Below, in pieces: positions 9,213 to 19,057 of a stretch of 64,000 nt of DNA. Location: contig JBGTLA010000130.1 of assembly GCA_041744375.1 (NCBI GenBank), positions 11,443 through 75,442 on the forward strand. The letters are read 5' to 3'. Under the pieces are notes generated by a model that saw only the letters and a list, made by a program, of their open reading frames with translations, ran no database searches and was not told where the DNA came from. This stretch comes from Acidimicrobiia bacterium (GTDB taxonomy: Bacteria; Actinomycetota; Acidimicrobiia; Spongiisociales; ZC4RG35). A program made the translations under genes and the position numbers. Position 1 is the first letter of the stretch. Each line of letters starts with the position of its first letter.

Positions 9213-9997
9213 GACGCCGCGCCAAGCCGAGAGCCTTCTGGTCGGGTTTGTACGTGGCCACCATGCTGGCGTTTCTCTTTCTCCCCCTGGCCATCATGGT
9301 GGCGTTCTCGCTCCATTCCTCTCCGCGCATGAGCCTGCCATTCGAGGGTTTGTCGACCCGATGGTACGAGGAGATCGCCGGGGATGTCCTTGTGGTGCGG
9401 GCATTCGTGCGTTCGGCTATAGCCGCCGCCGTCACCGGTATCGCAACCGGTGTGTTGGGCCTAGCAGCAGCCTTGGGACTCGTGCGGCTGCGGCCACGAG
9501 CTCGAGCCGCCGTCCTTGTCGTTGCCCTCATACCCCTGGCCTTCCCTCACCTCCTCTACGCCATCGGTCTCGCTTCGTTCTACAACGAGGCAGACGTCGG
9601 GTTTTCCTTGCGGGCCACGATCGCCGGCCATGTCGTGGTGGCCCTTCCTTTCGTCTTCTTGGTTCTCGGTGCTGCCCTCGACCGATTCCGCTTCTCCCTT
9701 CTCGAGGCTGCTGCCGACCTGGGAGCCAGTCAGGTGAAGGCATTTTGGACGATCACACTTCCCATCATTCTTCCGGCCGTGTTGGGGGCGATGCTCTTGT
9801 CCATGGCCATTTCGATAGACGAGTTCGCAATCGCCTTCTTCACAGCCGGCCAAGAAAAGACGCTTCCGCTGTTGATGTACGGACGAATCAACCAGGGAAT
9901 CGATCCCACTCTCAATGCGATCGGGACGGTGCTGCTCTTGACGACGACCAGCTTGGCGTTCCTGTCGGCCCGCAAGACCACATTGGAGGCGGCGTGA
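9209..9997 (+). CDS. ABC transporter permease (PotC-like)
   Basis: STRWY, EAAADLGAS, SIDEF and TLP motifs. Confidence 0.9.
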   Translation: MRRRAKPRAFWSGLYVATMLAFLFLPLAIMVAFSLHSSPRMSLPFEGLSTRWYEEIAGDVLVVRAFVRSAIAAAVTGIATGVLGLAAALGLVRLRPRARAAVLVVALIPLAFPHLLYAIGLASFYNEADVGFSLRATIAGHVVVALPFVFLVLGAALDRFRFSLLEAAADLGASQVKAFWTITLPIILPAVLGAMLLSMAISIDEFAIAFFTAGQEKTLPLLMYGRINQGIDPTLNAIGTVLLLTTTSLAFLSARKTTLEAA

Positions 9998-11142
9998 CCC
10001 AACCACAACAGACACCGGCCATCACTCTCGGCGGCTTGTCGAAGAACTACGGCCGAGTCCGAGCTGTCATCGACGTCGACCTGCAGATAGCGGAGGGCGA
10101 GTTCTTCTCCTTGCTCGGTCCCAGTGGATGTGGCAAGACGACGACACTACGCATGATGGCCGGGTTCGAGTTCCCCGACACCGGCAGCATCCATCTCCGC
10201 GGTGAAGATGTCACGTGGATTCCACCCAACCGGCGAGCAGTGAACATGGTCTTTCAGCGCTACGAGCTCTTCCCCCACATGACCGTGTTCGAGAACGTTG
10301 CCTACGGACTGAAACTCAAGAAGGTACCCAAGGCCGAGACCCGGCAACGTGCCATGGAAATGCTCGAGATCGTTGGGGTCGGATCCTTGGGCGAACGGGG
10401 AGCTGACCAGTTGTCGGGGGGTCAGCAGCAACGAGTGGCGCTCGCCCGGGCTCTGGTCAACCGGCCGACCGTTCTCCTTCTCGACGAACCACTCAGCGCC
10501 TTGGACGTGAAGCTCCGAAAGAGGATGCAGCTCGAGCTGAAATCGATCCAAGAGGAGCTGGGCACCACCTTCGTCTACGTCACCCACGACCAGGAGGAGG
10601 CGTTGTTGATGTCGGATCGAATTGGCATCATGAGCGAAGGGCGACTGCTGCAGGTCGGGACCCCACGCGAGATCTACGAGAGACCCGTCGATACGTTCGT
10701 GGCGGATTTCGTCGGGACTCTCAACGACTTCGAGTTTCGCGTTGAGCGGATCGAGGGCCCGTGGGCTGTCATGGACCCAGCACCGGGACACACGGTACGG
10801 ATCATGACCGATACCCAGCATCGACCCGGGGAGACGTTCCGGGCGGCGGTCCGGCCCGAGAAGGTCAGCATCGCGTCCGGCTCCGCCGGAGAGGGGAGCT
10901 CGCTGCCGGGAAAGGTGACAGACACCATCTATCTCGGTCCCACCACTCAGTACCTCATCGCGACACCTCTCGGCGAGATGGTGGCTCAGGCAGTGAGCGA
11001 CACCATTCAAGCCAGTGTGTCTCCGGGCGAGGAAGTGGTCGTGAGTTGGGCACCCGAAGCGGCGTTCGTACTAGGAACCAATGAATCCACCCCGGTCTCA
11101 GAAGACATCGATCCGGCTTCGTCTCGGGAATCGGGCTCATGA
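9994..11142 (+). CDS. ABC transporter ATP-binding protein (PotA-like)
   Basis: GPSGCGKTT, LSGGQQQR, LLLDEP and VTHDQEEA motifs with a TOBE tail. True start is GTG 9994 (GTGA overlap), not 9361. Confidence 0.93.
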   Translation: MTQPQQTPAITLGGLSKNYGRVRAVIDVDLQIAEGEFFSLLGPSGCGKTTTLRMMAGFEFPDTGSIHLRGEDVTWIPPNRRAVNMVFQRYELFPHMTVFENVAYGLKLKKVPKAETRQRAMEMLEIVGVGSLGERGADQLSGGQQQRVALARALVNRPTVLLLDEPLSALDVKLRKRMQLELKSIQEELGTTFVYVTHDQEEALLMSDRIGIMSEGRLLQVGTPREIYERPVDTFVADFVGTLNDFEFRVERIEGPWAVMDPAPGHTVRIMTDTQHRPGETFRAAVRPEKVSIASGSAGEGSSLPGKVTDTIYLGPTTQYLIATPLGEMVAQAVSDTIQASVSPGEEVVVSWAPEAAFVLGTNESTPVSEDIDPASSRESGS

Positions 11143-11233
11143 CTCCATATGAGACGAGCCGACAACAGGACCCCCCCTGGGCCACCTGCCCAACGGGGAT
11201 TCCCTCGAGCCGTACCAGACAATCGGGCCTCTC

Positions 11234-12175
11234 ATGACAGCAGACGTGACAATCGTCAACCGAGATCGCGTGGCGTACGCCTTCGATTCCGCCCTCGAAC
11301 CCGTTGCAGCCGTCGAACCTCCGGCCCGCCTCGAAGTGGCAACACATGATGCCCGAGCGGGGGCGCTCCTCGACCGCCAATACGCCAGCCCCTACGACCT
11401 TCCACTTCCCACCGCCGACAAGAGCAACCCGATCACGGGACCCATAGATGTGATAGGTGCCGAGGTGGGAGACGCTTTGATCGTCGACATCGCCGCCATC
11501 AACCTCGACGCGGTCGGGTGGTGCGGAGGGCATGCCTACGTGGGACCAACCCGACCCGGCTTCATCAAGCGACCGATAGGGAGGACATGTCGGGTCATCG
11601 ACGATCACATCGAATTCGGAAGCGATCTGATGATCCCCATCTCCCCCATGATCGGCTGCCTCGGCACGGCTCCCGCAGGAACGGGCGTATCCACCGCCCT
11701 GGCGGGTCGACACGGGGGCAACATGGACCAGCGAGTCGTGACTGTCGGTGCTCGGGTATACCTTCCGGTGTCTGTTCCGGGCGGACGACTGTTCGTCGGC
11801 GACGTGCACGCCGCCCAAGGTGATGGCGAGCTGTCAGGGGTGGCATTGGAGATCGGCGCTCAGGTTGAACTGGTCGTAGGGGTCGCCTCGGGGCTCTCGC
11901 TCGATTGGCCGTGGGTAGCTCTCGGCGATCGGATCATGATCCTCACATCAGGTCCCACATTCGAAGAGGCTCGAGCCGAGGCCGTCGAAACGATGATCCG
12001 CGCCTTCGAACAGGTCCTCGGCATCGAACCGGCCGATGCTCTGGGTTTGCTGTCGCTCGTTGGCGACCTCCGCGTTGGCCAGGCATACGGTGCCGCCGAT
12101 GTGACGTTGAGACTCGAGATACCGGCTTCACTCGGCGTGTCCCCAGTCGGATTCGACGGAAAGGCGAGACCTTGA
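11234..12175 (+). CDS. Acetamidase/formamidase family protein
   Basis: NPITGPI, PMIGCLGTAP, HGGNMD and GDVHAAQGDGELSG motifs. Confidence 0.92.
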   Translation: MTADVTIVNRDRVAYAFDSALEPVAAVEPPARLEVATHDARAGALLDRQYASPYDLPLPTADKSNPITGPIDVIGAEVGDALIVDIAAINLDAVGWCGGHAYVGPTRPGFIKRPIGRTCRVIDDHIEFGSDLMIPISPMIGCLGTAPAGTGVSTALAGRHGGNMDQRVVTVGARVYLPVSVPGGRLFVGDVHAAQGDGELSGVALEIGAQVELVVGVASGLSLDWPWVALGDRIMILTSGPTFEEARAEAVETMIRAFEQVLGIEPADALGLLSLVGDLRVGQAYGAADVTLRLEIPASLGVSPVGFDGKARP

Positions 12176-13062
12176 TCGTCGATGTCCACACGCACCTCGG
12201 GTGGTACCCCGAACACATCTCCGAAGAATTCGCCGCTGAGGCCCTCGCCTCCAAGAAGGTGAAGCTCGCCATGTCGGGAGGGAAAGCCAACGCCGCCTCC
12301 CTCGACCTGCACTCATACGACTCCACCCCGGATCAGCACTGGGACGCCACGCAGACAGCAGACAAGACGGTGGTGTTCGGGCTGCAGGCCAAGGCGGTCG
12401 GCTACTGGGTCCCCAACGACATCGTGGCTTCCTATGTGGCCGAACATCCCGACCGTCTCCTCGGATGGGCTTCCGTGGATCCATCCGACCCGTCATGCAT
12501 CGATGAGCTCGAACGGTGCTACCACGACCTCGGCCTCCGCGGGCTGAAACTAGGCCCCGCCTATCAGCACTTCGACCCAACAGGCTCCACACCCCGCCCG
12601 CTCCTCGCCGCCTGCCAAGCTCTCGGTATCCCTGTCATCTGGCATCAAGGGACCACCTTCCCCAGTCGCGCAAGGCTCGCCTGGGCCAATCCCCTTCAAC
12701 TCGAGGACGTGGCGATGGCGTTTCCCGACCTGCCGATGATCGTCGCCCACCTGGGTCACCCTTGGGAGACGGACCTCATCGTCCTCATGCGCAAAGCTCC
12801 CAACCTCTACGCCGACATCTCAGCTGTGCACTACCGCCCGTGGCGCTACTGGCAGGCGATGGTCACCGCCATGGAGTACGGAGTAACCGACAAGTTGCTG
12901 CTGGCTTCAGATTTTCCTTCGGGAACGATCGACCATGTGATCGACGGTCTTCGTGGGGTCAACGATCCGGTGGAGAACACCCGCCTGCCTAAGGTGCCGG
13001 CCGAGGTCCAAGACCGGATCATTCATGAGAACTGGAAGCCGCTCTTCCCGGACTGGGCGTAG
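12172..13062 (+). CDS. Amidohydrolase_2 family protein (paralogue of 3072-3920)
   Basis: DVHTH, GLRGLKLGP, HQGTTF, AHLGHPW, YADISA and SDFP motifs; TTGA overlap start. Confidence 0.9.
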   Translation: MIVDVHTHLGWYPEHISEEFAAEALASKKVKLAMSGGKANAASLDLHSYDSTPDQHWDATQTADKTVVFGLQAKAVGYWVPNDIVASYVAEHPDRLLGWASVDPSDPSCIDELERCYHDLGLRGLKLGPAYQHFDPTGSTPRPLLAACQALGIPVIWHQGTTFPSRARLAWANPLQLEDVAMAFPDLPMIVAHLGHPWETDLIVLMRKAPNLYADISAVHYRPWRYWQAMVTAMEYGVTDKLLLASDFPSGTIDHVIDGLRGVNDPVENTRLPKVPAEVQDRIIHENWKPLFPDWA

Positions 13063-13077
13063 CCGGGACGGCACCTT

Positions 13078-14664
13078 TCACGGGGCAAGGAAACGGCTCA
13101 ACACGTTCGCCGTCACACGGGATACGTCAGAATCGACAGCTATCGAGCAGGTGTACGAGATGGAGCCCACCGTGAACACCTCCCCACCGGAAGGAAACTC
13201 GATGTGCAGCATCTCGGCTCCTCCGTCGTCCGGGTTGGTTCCTTTGGCGAGCAGTTTGGCCTGGGGCGGTGTGGACGGGGTTCTCTTGTCGGTCTCGTGA
13301 CCGGAAGCTCCGCCTATGGCGCGACGATCCAAAGAAACCGACCCGAACAGGTCCCCTGCGCCGAGGCTGGTTCCCGCGAACGCCCAATGTTGTGGCTCCA
13401 ACACGCGATAGGGGGCGCCAGTCTCGTATCCGCTCATGGTGGTCGTGGTCCCAAGCAGTGACGCCTCCGACTCGCCTCGCATCCCAAAACGGCTCTCGTA
13501 GTCCGGGCCTCGATCGTGATAGTTCTCGTTCATCACCCTCATCCGATCATCGGGTAGGAGTTCGACCTCGCAATTGATTCCGTTTCCGCCCAGGTACATC
13601 AGCTTCCCGCCGTCATCGACGACCCAGCTCTTCAGCCGGTCATACATCGAGCGGGTCCAATACTCGGGGTGGGTACTGATGATGAGGACTCTGTATCGGT
13701 GAAGGTCCATGACTCCGGCATCGAACTGGGTCTCGGCGTACAGGTCATGCCCGAACCCCTCCCTTTCGAGCCACCCGAGCAGCCTCCACTCCGCCGGCGC
13801 CACGTGCTCAACCCCGCGAGTGATCATCGGGTCGGTGATCAGTTCATCTTCCAGCGTCGAGTTGAGAGGCTCGGGCCGATCGAACGACAACGGCTCGTAA
13901 GAAGCCGCGTCCCATGGCTGTTGAGCTGGATCGCTGAACCACACGTCTTCTTGGCGGGCATTGACGGTGGGCGTGGCAGGCAGTTTCTTGGCAGCAACGT
14001 AGTTGCTTCTCCCTCCGAAATCGTTGTAGGCGTTCCAGGTGATGTTGGAAGCAAGCACCGCTGTCGGAGCCGTCGGCCGTTCGGGGGCCACCACCCAGGG
14101 AAACGAGAAGAACCTCCCCTCGTCGTCACCCACGTGGACGTAGTACAGACCTGATTCCGGAGCGACGAGTCGAGTTCGGGGATCGAACGACGGAAACAGG
14201 TAGCCGTGCTCGTTCCACGCCACACCGTCCCGAGCGACGTCGCTGTCAGGAAGTATCTGGCGGATCGACCCGCCAGGATGATCGTCGAACCAACCCAGGT
14301 CAGCTACGAGCTGGCGCTCCCATCCATATCGCCACAGCGAGGCGTGGTAACGAGCGCCGGCATGGATACGAACCTCTGCCGTATCACCCGTTTGTACGGC
14401 CTTGGGCCACATGTACCCGTAGGGACCATCTGACAGGAGCCGCAGGCGGTGCACCGAGCCGTCACCTACCTCCAAGCGGACACGCTTGCGACCGTATCCC
14501 AACTTGGCCACCACGACGTCGTACGCCCCGGGCTCCATGTCGCCATGGATGGCTCCCGATGGACAAGACCTCAGTACCAGGGATCGGCCATCCGCACCGG
14601 TGAACTCCACGGCCGCATCATGCACGGCCATATCCCATTCATCGCTCACGTATCCAACCAGCAT
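13078..14664 (-). CDS. N,N-dimethylformamidase large(beta)-subunit-like protein with an N-terminal carboxypeptidase-regulatory-like domain
   Basis: TWNAYNDFGG, SFDRP, LLGWLEREG, HPEYWT, YLGGN, GHETD and VFTVGSI motifs; ATG 14664 follows GAGGT. Confidence 0.8.
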   Translation of the reverse strand: MLVGYVSDEWDMAVHDAAVEFTGADGRSLVLRSCPSGAIHGDMEPGAYDVVVAKLGYGRKRVRLEVGDGSVHRLRLLSDGPYGYMWPKAVQTGDTAEVRIHAGARYHASLWRYGWERQLVADLGWFDDHPGGSIRQILPDSDVARDGVAWNEHGYLFPSFDPRTRLVAPESGLYYVHVGDDEGRFFSFPWVVAPERPTAPTAVLASNITWNAYNDFGGRSNYVAAKKLPATPTVNARQEDVWFSDPAQQPWDAASYEPLSFDRPEPLNSTLEDELITDPMITRGVEHVAPAEWRLLGWLEREGFGHDLYAETQFDAGVMDLHRYRVLIISTHPEYWTRSMYDRLKSWVVDDGGKLMYLGGNGINCEVELLPDDRMRVMNENYHDRGPDYESRFGMRGESEASLLGTTTTMSGYETGAPYRVLEPQHWAFAGTSLGAGDLFGSVSLDRRAIGGASGHETDKRTPSTPPQAKLLAKGTNPDDGGAEMLHIEFPSGGEVFTVGSISYTCSIAVDSDVSRVTANVLSRFLAP

Positions 14665-14724
14665 CGGATCTACCTCTGACTCTCGGCTCGCTCGACTCGA
14701 CCTTAGCGCTAGCAACGACGGATG

Positions 14725-14741
14725 GTTGCGCTCACCGCAAC
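14725..14741. promoter_or_regulatory. Putative IclR operator, site 3 (GTTGCGCTCACCGCAAC)
   Basis: Perfect inverted repeat (extends to 7-5-7) in the divergent DMFase-like/EamA intergenic region. Confidence 0.7.
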
Positions 14742-14780
14742 CTGTCACTCGCAGGGCGCACCAGGTAGTAGATTCGTTCA

Positions 14781-15692
14781 ATGCTCCCTGACCGACGCCA
14801 CCCAGCCGGCATCAGCGACGACCGGGCGTGGGGTCTGGTTGTGGGTGCACTGGGCATCGTCATCATCAGTCCCGACGCGCTGATCATTCGTCTCCTCGAA
14901 GTCGACCCGCGCACCATCTTGGGGTGGCGCGGATCGCTGACCGGCCTCGGCCTGTTTGTGCTGCTACGCCTCCGATACGGAGTGGACCTGCGCGATAAGG
15001 TGCGAATCGTCGGAAAGCCCGGGATCACCGTTCTCGCCCTCAGCGTGATCAGCAATCAGCTGTTCGTGTACTCCGTTGCCGTCGGCTCGGCGGCCACTAC
15101 CCTCATCACCATGGCCGCAGCCCCCATCGTTGCGGGGATACTGGCCTGGATCGCCATCGCCGAGCGACCTCCCGCCCGGACGGTGGCTGCCGCTGTGGCC
15201 GTCGGGATCGGGGTTGCCATCCTGATGGGGGCTCCCTCGGGAGGAGAACCTGAGATCGCCAAGCTGGCGGCCGGACTGGGCATGACGGCCATGGCGGCCA
15301 AGCTGACATTGATGCGTAGATCCCGCGCGGTCGATATGGTCCCGGCGATAGCCGCGGGCCAATTGGTCATAGGCCTCATACATTTGCCGGCAGCCAAACT
15401 CGACCTCCCTCTCGGGGACATCTCGCTACTGGTCGTGTCGGGGCTGATCGCCCTCCCGGTGGCGACGATGCTGTTCACGACTGCACCGCGCTACCTGCCC
15501 GCCGCTCAAGTCGGCCTGTTCCTGCCACTGGAAACCGTCCTCGGGACATCGCTGGTCTGGTTGGTGGCCGGCGAAGCACCCGGCCAAGGAGCCGCGATAG
15601 GCGGAACGGTGGTGATCGCCGCCCTCGTCGTCCACTCATGGGCCTCGCTGAGGACCAAGACAGCAACTCTCGTGGCGGCAATCCCAGAGTGA
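14781..15692 (+). CDS. DMT/EamA family transporter
   Basis: About 10 hydrophobic segments; SPDALIIR, APRYLPAAQVGL and LETVLG motifs. TAGATT-N6-ATG suggests a leaderless start. Confidence 0.88.
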   Translation: MLPDRRHPAGISDDRAWGLVVGALGIVIISPDALIIRLLEVDPRTILGWRGSLTGLGLFVLLRLRYGVDLRDKVRIVGKPGITVLALSVISNQLFVYSVAVGSAATTLITMAAAPIVAGILAWIAIAERPPARTVAAAVAVGIGVAILMGAPSGGEPEIAKLAAGLGMTAMAAKLTLMRRSRAVDMVPAIAAGQLVIGLIHLPAAKLDLPLGDISLLVVSGLIALPVATMLFTTAPRYLPAAQVGLFLPLETVLGTSLVWLVAGEAPGQGAAIGGTVVIAALVVHSWASLRTKTATLVAAIPE

Positions 15693-15745
15693 AAGGCGGC
15701 GGTGTCCAACGGCCGCCCCCAGATCGTGGTGATCAGCGCACGACG

Positions 15746-15762
15746 GTTGCGCTGGCCGCACT
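15746..15762. promoter_or_regulatory. Putative IclR operator, site 4 (GTTGCGCTGGCCGCACT)
   Basis: 2 mismatches to GTTGCG-N5-CGCAAC; upstream of the PTE-like gene. Confidence 0.5.
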
Positions 15763-15805
15763 GAGAGCGTTGTAAAGTTGACCCACAGACCGTGGAGGTT
15801 CCCCC

Positions 15806-16855
15806 TTGGAAAATGTCGTCAGAACGGTTCGGGGACCGGTGTCCCCCGAGGCGCTCGGGCCGGTCATGACTCACGAGCACCTGTTCATGGACTCTCGCCA
15901 GTTCTGGGACCCCTCCGGCCTGGCCGACCCCGCGCAAGGGGAACTACCCTTCGAAGCTCGCTTCAACGGCCTCGCCCGCTGGGACGGTCACGGCTTCCGA
16001 GACAACCTCTGCCTCCTTCCCGACGACGACTACCAACTCGTCTCGACCGAGGTATCAGACTTCTTCACGGCCGGAGGACCCGGGGCGTGCCTCGTCGACC
16101 TGACGACGGGAGGCCTGCGGCCGTCGCCCTCTCACCTGCGGAGGCTGGCGGAGGACCTCGACGCTCACATCGTGGCTGGGCACGGAATGTACGTACACGC
16201 TGCCCACCAACCTTGGGTCTGCAATTCGTCCGTACCGGCGCTCACCGAGTTCCTGCTCCAGGAGGCAGGCGAAGGGATCGCAGGCACCGATGTGCTGCCC
16301 GGCGTCATCGGTGAGATCGGTACCTCAGAAGAACTGGAACCGTGTGAAGAGAACGTGTTGCGGGCAGCTGCACGAGTGTCTCAATCGACCGGGCTACCCA
16401 TGAACATTCACATGCATCCACCGCAGCTCCCGGTCGCCATGCGGATACTCGACGTCTTAGAAGAGGAGGGACAGAACCTCGAGAGGGTCAACCTATCTCA
16501 TCTCGACGAGATCTACGACCTCTCATATCACGAGACACTCCTAGCGCGGGGCGTGATCACCGGCTTCGACAGCTTCGGCCAGGACGGCTACTTCAGTCCC
16601 ATTTGGAAGTCTCTCGCCGACAACACAAAGGCGCGCCTGATGGTCGAACTGATTCAGCGCGGCTACGGCAGTCAGCTGACAATGGCACAAGACGTCTGCA
16701 AGAAGCACCACTTGCTGACCTTTGGGGGCCTCGGGTACTCCCATGTCATCGCGCGAGTCGTACCCCGTCTTCGTGAGGTGTTTGGAGTTGACGATGCCAC
16801 CATCGACCAGTTGCTGGTGCGTACCCCGCGACGCTGGCTGTCTGTGCCCGCGTGA
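15806..16855 (+). CDS. Phosphotriesterase-related (PHP-type) metallohydrolase
   Basis: RTVRGP, THEH, GVIGEIG, NIH, SHLD and AQDVC motifs; GGAGG RBS. Confidence 0.9.
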   Translation: MENVVRTVRGPVSPEALGPVMTHEHLFMDSRQFWDPSGLADPAQGELPFEARFNGLARWDGHGFRDNLCLLPDDDYQLVSTEVSDFFTAGGPGACLVDLTTGGLRPSPSHLRRLAEDLDAHIVAGHGMYVHAAHQPWVCNSSVPALTEFLLQEAGEGIAGTDVLPGVIGEIGTSEELEPCEENVLRAAARVSQSTGLPMNIHMHPPQLPVAMRILDVLEEEGQNLERVNLSHLDEIYDLSYHETLLARGVITGFDSFGQDGYFSPIWKSLADNTKARLMVELIQRGYGSQLTMAQDVCKKHHLLTFGGLGYSHVIARVVPRLREVFGVDDATIDQLLVRTPRRWLSVPA

Positions 16856-16876
16856 GCCATTGGTCGGCGGCTGTCC

Positions 16877-18055
16877 TCACTCCGGAGTGAGGAACCCAAG
16901 AGCCGCCTCGGCGTAGACTCGACTCGCCGTCACGAGGTCGCTGATAGCGATGGACTCGTCCGGCTCCCCGTTCCAGTCACCGGGGCCGTAGATGGCGGTG
17001 GGGATACCGGCCCGGACCAGATCTGACGAGTCCGTCACGTACGCCGACATGGGGAGGCCGCGGCTCACCTGCGCCGGGCTGCCGGTCACGGCCTCGTGAG
17101 CCCGGCTGACGAGGCTCACCACCTCCCACGAGTCCTCCGCCCAGAACGGTCGTTGATATGACAAGCCGTCGACCTCTGCCCGAAACTCTGGGTCCTCGCT
17201 ACTGAGGCGAGCAATCAGGCGTGCGAGGTCGGATCGGAGACTGTCCTCCGTCATGCCGGGCACCGTCCGCACATCACCCTTCACCACGCATCGCTCAGCG
17301 GTCCGAGATGGGGAACCGCCCCCGGCGATGTCACCGAGGACAAGACGGGGCAGACCATCGACGTCATCCCACGGGGAATACGTGAGAGCGTCGAGGGAGA
17401 GGTCACCGAGTAGTTTCAGCATCTTCTCGATGGCGTTGACACCTCGGCGACTCGAGTGTTTGGCCAGTCCATAGGTGGTGACCTGGAACTGCCATGCTCC
17501 CCCATGGGCGAGCTGGAGTGCAAGATCGGTGGGCTCCCCGTTGATTGCGGCATCGATGGGCCGATCCCACGTGTCGAGGAAGAACTTGGTGCCGAGCCCG
17601 CACACGTTGTGATGGATCACTGCAGAGAGAACCAGCTCACCACCAAAGCCGTCCCGGCGCTCAGCCACCGCCTCGGCGGCCTTCACCATGCATGCGACGG
17701 CGGCTTTCATGTCGGTCAGCCCCAAGCCGTAGACCCGGCCATCGGCCACCGCTCCGTCATAGGGGTCCCGGGTCCAGGAACCGGTCGGAGCGGGAATGTC
17801 GGTGTGCCCGTTGAGGAGCAGGCGCCGCCCAGGCGCATCACCGGTGACCACACCGACAACGTTGAACCGGCCAGGGACGACCGGCTGGAGGCGAACCTCG
17901 TCAAAGCACGCCGACGCCCGCATGTAATCGGCGAGGAACCGGCCCAATTCCCCTTCATTGGGAATCTGGCTCGGGAACCGAGCGAGTTCGCTCGTGAGAC
18001 CCACCAACCCATCGACGTCAATCACCGGCGCATCACCGCCCACGCTGACCTGCAT
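16877..18055 (-). CDS. Second M20/ArgE-DapE family protein with a non-canonical active site
   Basis: GRFNVV, NGHTD, GLTDMK and GEPT motifs; HHN where DEE is expected and no C-terminal His. Confidence 0.85.
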   Translation of the reverse strand: MQVSVGGDAPVIDVDGLVGLTSELARFPSQIPNEGELGRFLADYMRASACFDEVRLQPVVPGRFNVVGVVTGDAPGRRLLLNGHTDIPAPTGSWTRDPYDGAVADGRVYGLGLTDMKAAVACMVKAAEAVAERRDGFGGELVLSAVIHHNVCGLGTKFFLDTWDRPIDAAINGEPTDLALQLAHGGAWQFQVTTYGLAKHSSRRGVNAIEKMLKLLGDLSLDALTYSPWDDVDGLPRLVLGDIAGGGSPSRTAERCVVKGDVRTVPGMTEDSLRSDLARLIARLSSEDPEFRAEVDGLSYQRPFWAEDSWEVVSLVSRAHEAVTGSPAQVSRGLPMSAYVTDSSDLVRAGIPTAIYGPGDWNGEPDESIAISDLVTASRVYAEAALGFLTPE

Positions 18056-18060
18056 CTCGC

Positions 18061-19047
18061 CTACCTCCCGTCCAAGTCAAGACTCGCTAGCTGTATGTCG
18101 CTTCGAGGGTCCACCACGTTTCGCAGCGGTAGATCAGCCAGCCAGCGCTCGACATTCTCGATCCAGTCGGCGCGCAGCGCCTCACCGATACCGGCAACAC
18201 GAGCTGCTGAGTGAGGTGATACGAGGACGTCGGGCCTCCGCCACAAGGCATGGTCCGACGGCAGAGGCTCCTGGCTGAACACGTCAAGTGCGGCGCCGCT
18301 GAGATGTCCGCTGTCCAAGGCCGTCATGAGGGCCACTTCATCGATCACGCCACCGCGACCGACATTCAGCAACACGGCACCGGGCGCAAGGGTCTCGATC
18401 TCTGCGAGGCCGAACATGCCTACCGTTGCAGGTGTGGCCGGGAGAGCGATGATCGCAGCTTCGGCGCCGTCGAGGGCGTCATGCAGACGCTCGGCGGAGA
18501 CTATCGCCCGGAAGGTACCATCGCCAGGACGGGCCGTTTGCCCCACTCCCATCACATCGGCGTCGAATGCTCTCAGAAGTCGTCCGGTCTGACTCCCGAT
18601 CGTGCCAACACCGAGCACTGCGACCTTCGTGCCCGAGAGCGAACGCCCCCTGCGAGGCAACCACTGGCCGAGGTCATGCAGTCGCACACTCTCCGGAATA
18701 CGCCTGAAGAGAGCGAGGAGAAGGGTCACGGCATACTCGGCGACGGGACCGCCCAATACCTCTCGAGCGTTGGTGACGACGATTCCGCGCTCGCTCAGTC
18801 CGGCAACATCCACGCCATCGAGGCCCGAGCCAGCGACATGGATCCACGTTACCGGGGTGGCGCTATCCCAATACTGAGCCACCCACTCTGCTCGGTACTC
18901 CCATAGAACGACTGCTGTCGCCTGGGGAAGAAACGCGGCCACCAGATCGGGCGAGTCGGCTGTTCTTACTTCGATCCCTGCGGGAGAAGGAAGAGCCGGA
19001 TCCTCTTCGCCCGGCCCCACGACAGAGATGACTACTGGCTTCACCAT
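18061..19047 (-). CDS. D-isomer-specific 2-hydroxyacid dehydrogenase
   Basis: GVGTIG, NVGRG, GAALDVF and SPHSA motifs. Confidence 0.92.
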   Translation of the reverse strand: MVKPVVISVVGPGEEDPALPSPAGIEVRTADSPDLVAAFLPQATAVVLWEYRAEWVAQYWDSATPVTWIHVAGSGLDGVDVAGLSERGIVVTNAREVLGGPVAEYAVTLLLALFRRIPESVRLHDLGQWLPRRGRSLSGTKVAVLGVGTIGSQTGRLLRAFDADVMGVGQTARPGDGTFRAIVSAERLHDALDGAEAAIIALPATPATVGMFGLAEIETLAPGAVLLNVGRGGVIDEVALMTALDSGHLSGAALDVFSQEPLPSDHALWRRPDVLVSPHSAARVAGIGEALRADWIENVERWLADLPLRNVVDPRSDIQLASLDLDGR

Positions 19048-19057
19048 GCGGAGGATA

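Noticed and set aside
9361-9993. Apparent 211-aa N-terminal extension on the PotA-like ATPase
   Set aside because: Alternate frame of the permease; the real start is GTG 9994.
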